Assembly: GCA_943704415.1 (NCBI GenBank)
Contig: CALSCO010001717.1
Location: 1-44,927, forward strand
From: Parvularia atlantis
Taxonomy: Eukaryota
DNA: 44,927 bases
Reading direction: 5' to 3'
Notes under the pieces: generated by a model
Databases searched by the model: none
Told to the model about the DNA's origin: nothing
What the model saw: the letters and a program-made list of their open reading frames with translations, nothing else
Position numbers and translations under genes: made by a program
Part shown: piece by piece, positions 12,601 through 26,690 of the stretch
How positions within the stretch are numbered: position 1 is the stretch's first letter
Layout of the letters: each line of letters starts with the position of its first letter

Positions 12601-14081
12601 CGCACGCCCCGCCGCCGCTACCGCACCGTTCCACGTTGACCGTGCGGCAGAGCGTCTGCACAAATACGTCCAGGCACAAGAACGGCACAAAGCCGTAGCG
12701 CACGACCACGTCCATCAGGGCCAGGCTGCTGTAGACGTCGTCGTTGCTCGAGGCCGACACACAGACGTTGCATGTGGCGACGATGATGTCGACGATGCTG
12801 CTCTCCTGTGTGAGCGCGCACGCGCACATATGAGTCATTGTGCGGGCGAGCACGCAGCGCTAGGCAGACCTCGAGCAGCGCAAAGTTGAACTTTACCATG
12901 CCGAGCAGCACCAGGAAGATGGAGCCGATCTCCTTTGTGAAGGCCTTGCGGCGTGCGACGTCGACGGTTGCTGCACGGCGGCGTCAGCTGGGTGCTCAGC
13001 GCATCGTTGGGGCTGCACCGAGCGTGAGCCAGTTGAGCAGCAAGCCGCACAGGCGGTGTCCGACGCCGGCAAGCTCGCGGCCCTCCTTGGTCAGCTTGCG
13101 GATGATTCTGCGCGTGCACCGTCAGACGCGCGTCGCGGCAACACGGACGCATGCCTCAGGCGCAGGTACAGGTCGGCGGTCGAGCCGGCGGCGCGCACGG
13201 CGACGGCAGCGAAGACGTGCGCGCGCTGGATGTCGCTCAGGTATTCGTTCTGTCCCTCGACCAGCTCGGCCATGAAGCCGTATGCGACCTGGCGGGCCTC
13301 GGCGGGCGCGGACGCCTGCAGAGCGCTCAGCGCAAGCCGTCGCCCAGGCAGTCACGGCCAGGCGCACCTCGAGCAGCGGCTCCACGGCGGCCCACAACGG
13401 CACAATGTCGTCGAGGCGGTGCGTCTTGACAAGCTCGCCCAGCTCGCGGAGGGCGCGAACGCGCTGGGCAAGCGGTAGCGCCGGGTCGATGCTGTGCAGA
13501 GCTGCGCGCACGTCGACAGGCTCGGCTGCGGTGCACACAGTGAGCACGCGGGAAGCGCTCGCCAGTGGCACGGACGCACGCGGTACAATCGGCGTTGCGA
13601 GCGCGTCGTTCACGGCCGTCGGGGCGGGCGACGCGTGCGATGAAGACGCCGTGGGCGATGCCGTCATTGCACCGGGAGCAGGCATGGGCAGTGCAGGCGG
13701 TGATGACGACGACGACGGCGACGACAGTAGAGCGGCGGCTACGGCGGCTGCGGCTGCCATCGGAGGCGGCGAGGCCACGGTGGGCTGTGCGGGCGACGTG
13801 GCACCGAGCACGGTGGTGGGCACGGGCATGGCCAGGCCCTGGATCGACGCTGCGCTGGGCGTCCCGGGCGCGCCCGGAGGCGGCTGGCCGACCCAGACGC
13901 GCAGCCGGTCGAGAAACTTGTCGGGCGGCTGGGCGCCGGCGCCGTGCGCGGTGCCGCTGGCGGTGGCCGTGGATGCAGCGGCGGTGGCGGTGGCGGTGGC
14001 GGTCGTCGGCGCAGTGGCGGCGGCGGCAGACGGCGCGGGCGGTGCGCGGGCAGCGCGCGGTGTGGCGCCGCGGTCGGCCAT
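6627..14081 (-). CDS. TSC2: Tuberin (TSC2), Rheb GAP, about 43 introns
   Basis: LLRGAVFFIGMATW, RRKYVPFITKGL, GWSELTLRRPSG; GAP domain HKIGVVYVG, YTGGLD, IFHVATLMP and KKRHIGND (Asn thumb); C-terminal DFTVYA*. Confidence 0.94.
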
Positions 14082-14183
14082 TGGCGCGAAGTGAGCTCGC
14101 GGGCATTGTGGCTGTCTGTGCGGCCACCCAGGGGCGCCACCATGCGTGCACTTTCACGTTTTCACTCGGCCTCACGGAGCCAG
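14082..14183. promoter_or_regulatory. 102-nt bidirectional promoter between TSC2 and AP4B1
   Basis: Divergent ATGs at 14081 (-) and 14184 (+). Confidence 0.6.
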
Positions 14184-17100
14184 ATGGCCGCCGCCGCCGC
14201 GCCCGCGGGCGGCGCGACGTTCTTCACGGGCAACAACACGCGCGAGATCAGGGAGCTGCGCGCGCTGCTCAACAGGTGGCGCCGTCGCGCTCCACCCGCG
14301 CCGCCGCAGCTCACTTCGCTCCCGCGCCGCGTCGCACGCGCAGCCTCGAGGTGCAGCGCTCGGACGGGTATGTGGGCGTGGTCAAGCGCGTGATCCAGTA
14401 CATGACGCTGGGCATGGACGTGTCGGGCCTGCTGAGCGAGATGATCATGGTGCGGCACACGACGCGCCGCGCCTCGCCGTCGCGCGCCCACCTCGCTCGC
14501 AGGCCACGTCGACCAAGAACCTGGTGCAGAAGAAGCTCGTATACCTGTACCTGTGCACCTACGCCGACACCAACGCCGAGCTGGCGCTGCTGGTCATCAA
14601 CACGCTGCAGAAGGTTCGTGCGCGGCCACGCCCCGTCCTCGCCCGGCTCACGCTCACGGCGCGCGCACAGGACTGCCGCGACGAGAACCCGATCGTGCGC
14701 GGCCTCGCCCTGCGCTCGCTGTGCTCGCTGCGCCTGCCCAACATCGTTGAGTACATCACCGTCCCGCTCAAGACGTGCCTTGGTGATGTCAGCGCCTACG
14801 TCCGCAAGACCGCCACGCTCGGCTGCGTCAAGCTGTACCACATGGCCCCGCGCATCGTCCAGGGTCTGCGCCGCGCCGCGCTGCGAGGCGCCGCACACTC
14901 ATCGCTGCCGCCGCCGCGCACGCACGCAGAGAGCGACGTCGTCGACCGCCTGTACGCCCTGCTGCGCGACCGCGACCCGCAAGTGCTCGGTGGGAGCGAT
15001 CGCTGCGCTGCACGGTGCTCGAGGCCGCTGACGCTGCCCGGCCGTGCGCGCCGCCGCAGCCAACAGCGTCGCCGCACTGGACGAGATCCTGGCCGATGAG
15101 GGCGGTATGGCCCTCAACCGCCCGCTCGCGCTGCACCTGTACCAGCAGCTGCGCCATCTGAACGAGTGGGGCCAGTGCCTGGTGCTGGACGTGCTCGCGC
15201 GCTACCAGCCCGACACGGAGGACGAGGTGTACACGCTGCTGGTGCGGGCGCGTGCTGCACAGAGGCGGAGCGCATCTGACGGACACGCGGCAGAACGTGC
15301 TCGACGAGCGCCTCAAGCACAACAACAGCGCCGTCGTCATGGCCGCCGTCAAGCTCTTCATCACGCTGACGGCGCCGCTCGAGCACCTGCACGAAGACGT
15401 GTACAACCGCGTCAAAGGTGGCCCGCGCATGCCCGGCGCCGCGCGGCTGAAACAGGGCACCCCGCAGAGCCGCTGCTGACGATCCTTTCGGCCGGCTCGC
15501 CCGAGCTGTCGTACACGTGCCTGGCGCACCTGCAGTTGCTCAACATGCGCGCGTCCAACTTTCTCGAGAACGACTACAAGTACTTCTTCCTGAGGCATGG
15601 CGCTCGCGAGGCGCGCGATGCGTCGGCTCACGCGGCGCGGCGCAGGTTCAACGACCCGTCGTACATTCGCTCGCAGAAGCTGGCGCTGCTCGTCGATGTC
15701 GCGACGGCGGCTAACGCGGCCGCCATCATCGAGGAGCTCAGGTATGCCCCGGGTGCGCGCAGCTATGCGGCCGTGCGGATACTCACCGCTTGGCTGAAGT
15801 GAGTACGTGACCGACGTGAGCACGGTGATTGCCTGCCGCTCCATCACGTCGCTGGGCGAGATCGCGCAGAAGGCACGCTTCGCTGCGTGCGCCTGTGCAG
15901 GGCGCCTCGTTGACGCCTCGCCGCGTCGGCAGGTGGGCGGGTCGTCCGTGGACGCCGTGGTGGACAAGCTGCTGTCGTTCGACGATCTCGACATCGACTA
16001 CATCAGCGCGCAGACGCTTGTGACGATCAAGGGTACGTCTGCGCGCACGCTGGCGGCCGGTAACCGCTGACAGGGCCGCTCTCGGTGCGCAGACCTCGTC
16101 GTGCGGTTCCCTGCACGTGCGCGCGAGGTGCTGGACAAGTTGCGGCAGACCCTGCGCGTGCAGGATGCGGCAGATGCCAAGGTGCCGTGCGCGGCCGGCA
16201 CGCGCGCACAATGGCACTGGCTGACGCGCGGCTGGCCAGACCGCCCTGCTGTTCATCCTGGGCGACTACGGCGACATGATTGACGACGCGCCGTACATCA
16301 TCGAGCCGCTGATCAACAACCTCGCGGTGCGACCGCGGCCGCGCGAGCTGAACGGAGGCACCCTCACAGAGCGAACGCAGAACGAGCGCTCGTCAGTTGT
16401 GCGCCTGGCGCTGCTGACCGCGACCATGAAGCTCTTCTTTAAGCGCCCGGCCGAGGTCCAGATGATGCTCGGCAAACTGCTGCAGACCGAGATCTTCGGT
16501 GCGAGTGCACGCGCGCGCTGCAGGGGCCGCGCACGCGATGCTGATGCGCCCGAGGGCGGCCAGGCGAGCTCACGCTGCTCACCGAGCCGCATGACCGCGC
16601 GCTGCTCTACTACCGCCTGCTTCAGAAGGGCGTGGAGGTGGCGCGGCGCGTGGTGGACAGCGCGCGCGAGGCGAGCGTGTCGATTGGAGACGACGACGAC
16701 ACGCGCAAGCTCATGGTGCCCGCGCGGTGCCGCGCCCTTGCTGCGTCGCGTGGCTGACAAAGCGTGCCCGCGCAGGACCAGCTGTTCAACGAGCTCAACA
16801 GCCTCGCTGTGGTGTACCGCCGCCCGTCCGAGCTGTTCATTCAGCAGATGTCGCCGTACGTCAAGGCGGCGCCGACCGGGGCCTCACGATCGCCCGCTGC
16901 ACCGGCCGCCGCACCGGTCCCCGTGTCGGCGTCGGCGACGTCACAGGCAGCGCCGGCACAACGAACACCGGCGGTCTCGCAGTCGTGCGTCTCGGGCGTC
17001 CGCCTGCGCGCTCGTCTGCTTAGCTGCGACGCGCGCGTCAGGCTGATCGACTTTTCGTCCTCGCCCGGCGGCTCGGCGCCGTTGCGGCAGGAGCCGTTTG

Positions 17101-17877
17101 GCGTGTCGCTGCTGGACGACTTTTTGTCGGTGCGTCGCCGCGCAACGATGGCTGGCCCGCTGAGCCGCTGACAGACAACGCAACACACACAGCCACCGTC
17201 GCCGGCCGTCGCCTCGCCCAGCGTCACGGCCACGCACGCGATGGCGGGCGCGGGCGGGCCGCTGCCGCAGCTGTCAAGTCTGAGCATCTCGTCGCCTGCG
17301 TCGGTCGCGGTGTCGCCGGCGAGTGCGCATGCGCCGCGGGGGCCCGCATCACTGCGCCTGGGCGTGTCGCTGCGGCTGGACCCGCAGACGTTCCAAACCT
17401 ACTGGAAGGCGTTCATGGCCATGTGCGTGTGCACGGGCGCGCGCGCGCATCGCCGCAGGCTATCGTGGCTGAGCGCGCGGTGTGTGCAGGTCCAACTTCC
17501 AGGCGTCGCTTGTGACGACGCAGCCGACCGTAGCGTCAATTGAGGCGGCGCTGACGGCGCGCGGGCAGCTCGCGACAATGGCGTCGGGCGGCACGGGCGA
17601 CCTGCTCAAGTTCTACTTCTACGGGCAGGATCTGGTGCGCAGCGTGTGCGGGTTCGCGCGGGTGCAGCGGGCGGGGCGGCTGACGGCTGCGCGGGGGCGT
17701 GCTCGGGGCGCGCAGGACTCGCAGGTGCTGTTCCTGATCGAGGTCAAGGTGACGCCGTCGATCAATTACTACGTGGCGACGACACGCGCGGGCGTGCCGG
17801 GCGGGGGTGGCGCAGCGCCAGCGGCGGTGGGGGCGCTGATGGGCGCGGTGGAGGCGGTGGTGCGTGCTGCGCTGTGA
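14184..17877 (+). CDS. AP4B1: Beta-adaptin, most likely AP-4 complex subunit beta, about 19 introns
   Basis: KRVIQYMTLGMDVS, QKKLVYLYLCTYA, NPIVRGLALRSLCSLR, KLFFKRPAEVQMMLGKLL, HDRALLYYRLL and FNELNSLAVVY, with a short appendage (FQTYW...MASGG...LKFYFY) typical of beta-4. Confidence 0.88.
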
Positions 17878-17902
17878 GGGGCGCTGTCTGTGTTTGGGTC
17901 CG

Positions 17903-18852
17903 ATGACGGTAGACGACGACACGGACGGTGATGGCGCGGCCGAGCGCGCGGCGCCCGTCGTGGCCATCGCCGGCGCGTCGTGCTCGGGCAAGACGACGCT
18001 GGCGCGGCGGCTGGCGGCGGCGCTGGAGGCTGACGGGGCGGTGCACGTCGTCCGCGTGGCGCAGGACGAGCACTTCGTGGCGCGGGTGCGTCGTGCGCAT
18101 CCTTGCCGTGCCGTGCTGCTCGCGCCTCATTGGCCCGCCCTCGCCGTCAGGAGCGCCTGCAGCCCGCGCCCGACAACCCCGCCGAGCTTGACTGGGACGC
18201 GCCGTCGGCCCTCGACTGGCCGGCCATCGTCGCGCGCATCAACGCCGCCCGCACGCGCCCGCGCGACGCCTGCGCCCGCTGCCGCGCCGCCGCCGCCCGC
18301 GCTGCCCGCGACGCGCACGGCCGACGCGACGGCGGGGCGACCGAGGAGGGCTCGGACGAGCATCTGGCCGTGGCGAAGGACGGCGACAGCGGCCGGCCAG
18401 CCGCCGCCGCGCCGCGCACCAGCAGTAGCGCGACGGCAGCAGCAGCCGCGCCCGCGCACATCGTCCTCACCGACGGCTTCCTCGCCCTCGCCCACGAGCG
18501 CCTGCGCACGCACGTCTACCGCCGCGTGCTCTACCTGCGCGCCGACTACGACCTGCTCCAGCGCCGCCGCGTCGCACGGCCGCTCGTCGCCGAGCACGGT
18601 GCGCCCGCGCCCGCCTCGGCTGGCACACCCACACGCTCACGCTCACGCTCACCGCCGATGCGCCACGCAGCCTACGCCGAGAGCCCAGACTACTGGCGCA
18701 CGGTCGGGTGGCCCGCGCACCTCCGGCACGACCCGCCCGCGCACCGCGCCCTGCCGCACGTCACCACGCTCGACGCCGCCCGCCCGTCCGACGACCTCCT
18801 GCGCGACGCCCTCAACCTCGTGCGCTCGCTGCTGCTCAGCACCGATCAATAG
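17903..18852 (+). CDS. NRK1: Nicotinamide riboside kinase-like P-loop kinase, 2 introns
   Basis: VAIAGASCSGKTTLA (Walker A), QDEHF, WDAPSALDW, IVLTDGFL, RRRVAR and ESPDYWRTVGWP. Confidence 0.75.
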
Positions 18853-18891
18853 CAAGGAGCCAACACTGGTAGCAACACCCGCCAGCGCGCG

Positions 18892-20458
18892 TCAGATGCG
18901 CGTCGTCTTCGTCAGGTTGTTGATCTCCTCAAGAATGTCGTCGCGCAAACCCTGCGCGCGTCCAGGCTCAGCACACGTCCGCAAATCGCGCGCACACGCC
19001 CGCACGCGCACCATCGACGACACGCCGAGCTGTTGCAGCTTCTCGTCGTTCAGCCGGGCCAGGCGGCGCCCGTTGATGTTGTTCTCGCGGAAGACGTTCA
19101 CGACCGGCGCAAACTCATCGCCCAGCTTGAGCAGCCACAGGCCCACGTCCAGCTCGTTCCAGTTGTTGACTGGCGCGCAGCCCGTCAGCGGTGCACTGCA
19201 GCCGCACAACGCGCGCGGGTGCCACCGTCTGGGTCGAGCTGCTGCTGCATCAGCATCGCGCGGTTGATCGTATCGCCCTTGCGCGGCTCGCTCGAGGTCA
19301 ACGGCAGCGAGGCCACGCTGCGTCCGCTTGCATGCTCAACACCACGGCCGACCCGCGAGCGCGCACGCACTCAGGCGACATGCCCATGCTCCGCCGGTTG
19401 ATCGTGCCGCCGCTCTTCTTGCGCGAGATGGACGCCGACGCGGCGAGCGTGACGGCGGACCCGTTGTTAGCTGCATGTGCGCGCGCCAGCCAGCCAGTCA
19501 GACGGTTGTCGTTGCCGGGCAGGCGCGCGGAAGCGCACGGTTGCTCTCGAGCAGGTTGTACACCTCCGTGTGGCCGTTCTCGTACGCAAGCTGGCTGGCC
19601 CTCTTGCCGCGCTGCATGTGGCGCACATGTGGCGTCGTGAGTGTCCCACGCGGAGCAATAACGGCGCCGCGCACCGTGCTGATCAAGTTGGTCGCCGCGC
19701 CCTGGCTCAGAAGCATCCTGGCGATTTGGAACGAGCCCGAGTGCGCCGCAAACATCAGCGCGCTCCAGCCGAACTGCGACGCGCCGCAAACCGGTCAGCC
19801 GGGCACGCGCGAGGGCTGTGGGCGCGTACCTTGTCCTGCAGGTCCAGCGTGATACCCTCGACTTGGAGCAGGTACGCCACAACGTCGGCCTGCTCCGAAA
19901 ACGCCGCCAGCATTAGCGCCGTTTTTCCGCTCTGCCGTGTCGCGCGCCGACGTCAGCCGCGGCCCGCGCGCCACGCTGGCACGCGCCTTATCGGCCCGGT
20001 CGACGTTTGTGCCGGCCTCGAGCAGTGCCTTGACCGCGTCGAGGTCGCCGCGCGCGCCCGCGTACATCAGGGGCGTGCGCCCGTCCTGCACCGCGCGGGC
20101 ACTGTCAGCAGCAAAGCCTCATCTACCACGGACGCAAGTGGGCGCGCACCTTGTCAGTCACATCCACCTTGGCCTTGTACTTGATCAGGAGGCGGAGGCA
20201 CTCGGCCTGGTGCTCGGCGACGGCGAGGTGCAGCGCCGTGTGGCCAATCTTGTCTGCGCGCAGCCGATACAGCCGTGCACGCACGGACGCCCCTGGAACG
20301 CGCACTCTTCAGGTTGCGCTTCGCCTTGCCCTTGAGCAGCGCCAGCGTGGCCTTCTTGTGCCCGGCGGCGCAGGCGACCATCAGGGCAGTCATGCCGTCG
20401 TCGTCCTTGGCGTCGAGATTGACGCCGGCGTCGATGGCCTGCGACGTGCTAAACGTGA

Positions 20459-20517
<59 letters not shown>

Positions 20518-22431
20518 GCGCCCGGCCATGCAGCGCACCTTCTTGATGCCGTCGACGTAGTCGTACGAGGCGTCGTCGCGCAGCACCCGCTCCATCTCGG
20601 CCTTCCGCTCTGTGTGTGTGTGCGCGCGGCAAAGCAGTGAGCCCGGGCGGGCGGGCGAGCCCCACACACCCTCTGCGCTCTTGGTTGTGACCTTCTGCTC
20701 GCGCGCCGTGCGCTCCTTCTCCCAGTTGGCGCGGTCCTCGTCCGTCTGGAGCTTGTTGACGAAGAAGGTCGACTGGGGCGCGCTCGCGGCGACGGTCGCC
20801 ATCGCCGCTGCGGCCGCCGCGGCCGCCTCGCGGTTGGCCGTCTTGGCGTCGACCGGGGGCGGTGCTGGGGCGGCCGGCGCTGCCGCGGCCGCGGCGACAG
20901 TGGGTGCAGCGGCGGGCGCGCCGGGCCTGCAGCGCCCGTCAGCGTGCGGAGGACGCACACAGGCGCCAGCACGCACGCAGGGGCCGGGCGCTTCCACGGC
21001 GGCACCTCGCCCTTCTTCTCACGCACACGGCGCAGCTCGACGAGGGCCTGATGCGGGCGCGCACTCAATTGAGCCGTGGCCACGCGCACGCGCGCGCCGC
21101 GCACAGCACCTTCTCGGCCATATCCTTGCCAAAGTGGATGAGCATCTTCTGGTACTGCATCTCCTCCTGCGCGTCCCAGAACTCGATCTGGTGGCCCGCC
21201 GGGGTCAGCCAGAAACGCGCGTGTGCGGCGCCTCGCACCGGCTTGGCGCCCTTGTCGTCGTCGTCGTCGCCACCGTCGTCGTCGTCATCGTCCGCGTCGA
21301 TCAGGCGCGTGGACGACCCGCCCGACGGCTTAGGCAGCGACGCCACCGAGGCCGCGGCAGTCGAGCCCGTGCGCGACACAGGCGGCACGGAGGGCCGCGG
21401 CGGCGGGGCAGCAGACACGGTCGACGACTGCCGCGCGGGCGGTGCGGGGGTGGGGGCCGCAGTGGTCGGCGGCGGGGGCGGCGGCGCCGAGAAGAAGTTG
21501 GCCGGGACGGGCGCGGGCGCATCGAATTTGTCGGGCGGGGGCGGGGGCGGGGCGATGTCGAACAAGAGTGGCGCGGGTGCGGGCGGGAGCGAGGGCAGGA
21601 GCGTGCGCAGCTTGGTGTCGGGTGCGGCGCCGCTGCCGACAATCTCGGGCGGCGGTGGCAGCTCGCCCATCGAGCCAGACGCGGCGACGCCGCCGGCCAT
21701 CGTCTGGCTGACGACGGCGTCGAACGACGGCTGCGACAGCGCCATACTTGTCGGCCGCTGCACGTACTGGTTGATGCGGTCGGTCTCTGCCCACGCGCGC
21801 GTCGTCAGCGAGGTGGGCGCAGACCGAGGAGGCGCGCACCGGCCGTCTTGGCCGCCTGCGAGTCTTCGAGGCGGTCCTTGTGCGCTGCGGCCGCGCCGGT
21901 CAGCGCCCGCTCGGCCCGTGCGGCGCGTGCGGGGCGGCGCACCGAGCAGCTTGCTCTTGATGAGCGGGGTCGACTCGACGTCGATGGGGCGGATGCCCTT
22001 CTTGTTGGGCTCGTAGATGTCGGCGTTGTAGTTGAGGAGGATGTCGACCAGCTCGGGCTTGCCGAGCATGGCGCTCCAGTGCAGCGGCGTGTCGCCGGCG
22101 TCGTTCCTGCGGGCGGCGTGAGGCGCGGGCGCGGCGGGCCGAGTGGCAGCGGGCGGGTCGCACTTGACCGAGACGCTGGCGCCGTTGTTGAGCAGCGCCT
22201 TGGCGACGGCGCCGTGGCCCTTGGCGGCGGCCCAGTGCAGCGGCGTCGAGCCGAATTGGTCCTTGACGTCGCTGAGCCGCGTGCTGCGCGGTCGGTGCGC
22301 CGTCGGCGCGCGCGGGTGAGCGAACGGGCACGGCGAACGCACCCGCCAAGCTGCCGCAGCAGCGCCGTCGTCTCCTCGAGGTCGCCGGCCTTGGCCGCGG
22401 CGACCATGGCCTGCGCGGTGTCGGCGCTCAT
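18892..22431 (-). CDS. Scaffold protein: ~3 ankyrin repeats, Pro-rich region, acidic tract, ~7 ankyrin repeats, SAM domain; about 18 introns
   Basis: GSTPLHWAA, GDTPLHWSA, GMTALMVAC, GHTALHLAV, GRTPLMYA, GKTALMLAA and GWSALMFAA; SAM WNELDVGLWL...FRENNINGRRL...LQQLGV; the exons join in frame. Confidence 0.85.
20460..20520. repeat. Compound (CA)n(CG)n microsatellite inside an intron
   Basis: About 21 CA units followed by about 9 CG units. Confidence 0.95.
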
Positions 22432-22632
22432 GGGGCGGGTGCGTGTGCGGCCGGGATCTGCCTGAGCGCGGTGGGAGGCGGGACGGGAACGTGGGGCGCG
22501 ACGGGCAGGGTCAACCGACTGAGCCTAGTGTCGGGAATGCAGTGCCCCTCGAGCCAATGTTGTCCGCCATCATGCCTCGCGCGCGGCACCAGTGATCACG
22601 CGCATGGTGTGGCGGCGCACCCATTGGCCACG

Positions 22633-22928
22633 TGGACGGCCGCGGATTGACTGAGCGGACTGGACGGATTGAACGGACTAGACAGACTGGACTGGGCGGA
22701 CTGGACGGACTGGACGGATTGAACGGACTGAACGGACTGGACTGAGCGGACTGGACAGACTGGGCGGACGGACTGGACTGAGCGGATTGAACGGACTGAG
22801 CGGACTGGACAGACTGGACTGACTGGACTGAGCGGACTGGACAGACTGGACAGACTGGACGGATTGAACGGACTGGACGGACTGGACGGACTGGACAGAC
22901 TGGACAGACTGGGCGGACTGGACGGCCG
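22633..22928. repeat. Degenerate 9-nt (GGACTGGAC-type) minisatellite in a divergent intergenic region
   Basis: Roughly 30 variant units (ggactggac, ggattgaac, ggactgagc, agactggac) with interspersed 5-mers, flanked by the direct repeat TGGACGGCCG. Confidence 0.95.
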
Positions 22929-22988
22929 ACGCTTGCCGGCCGACGAGCTCGCACAAAGAGAGAGCGCTCTTTTGTGTGTGTGTGGGCG

Positions 22989-25799
<2,811 letters not shown>

Positions 25800-25824
25800 T
25801 CACCCGCCGCCCGCGCACGTCCAC

Positions 25825-26416
25825 TCAGATGATCAGCTTCTCGATGCTTGTCCGCAGCGCTTGGATCTGCGGCTTCAGCTCCGAGCCCTCGTTGACCGTG
25901 ATCGACGCCGCGATCACCGCCCGCGACACGCCGCACGCCCGGCCCAGCGCCGTCTTGGACGGCACAAACACGTACGGCACGTTCTGCCGCGCGGCACGCG
26001 TGCACGTCAGCAGCCTCCCCTCCGCAGGCCAGGTCCCCCGGCGCACGCGCCTTGTCCTCGCACAGCAAGGGCAGGTGCAGGAGGATCTCCAGCGGCTCGG
26101 TGTCTGCTGCCATCACGATCAGCTCGGCGATGCCCCGGTTGAGGGTCTTGGTCGCCTCGTTGGCGCCCTGCGTCGCGTGCGGCGTGCGCGTGAGCGGTGC
26201 CCGGCACAGCAACAAGCAACGGCGCGGTCGTGCGCGTGCCTTCTTGAGCTGCTTGTAGTGCGACGCCTGCTGCACCACGTCCATGATCGTGTTGGTCAGC
26301 GCCGCGTCGGCGAGCGGGTACGCCTTGGGGTTGATGGCCGCGGTCTGCGGGGGCGGGGGGCGCGACGGCGGTCAGCGTTGCGCGAGGCGGGCCGTTGCGC
26401 GTGCAGCAAGCACCAT
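25825..26416 (-). CDS. SNU13: Snu13/15.5K K-turn-binding protein; 3 introns, the first coding exon is the ATG alone
   Basis: [31 protein letters not shown] and [37 protein letters not shown]. Confidence 0.97.
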
Positions 26417-26625
26417 TTGCTGCGTATGGGGCGGGGCCGTGGGCGATGTGCTGCGCGGGCGGCTGCGTGTGCGCGTGCGTGAGCGCGCGTGTGAGCGACC
26501 GTGGCTATGGGCGTGTGCGTGCGCGCGCGTGCGCGGGGCAAGAGAGCGGCAACAGGCGACTGCTGAGAGCACATGGCCGTCTGCCATGCTGCAAAGCGTC
26601 TGGTTCTAGGCCACGCCACATCGGC

Positions 26626-26644
26626 ATGGGCGCGGGATCGTCAA

Positions 26645-26690
<46 letters not shown>

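Noticed and set aside
21119..21128. U12-type donor-like ATATCCTT
   Set aside because: It is antisense to a coding exon; no U12-type intron was needed in any gene model.
20612..22465. 617-aa plus-strand ORF and other long antisense ORFs
   Set aside because: Shadow ORFs from high GC content opposite real genes; no recognisable domains.
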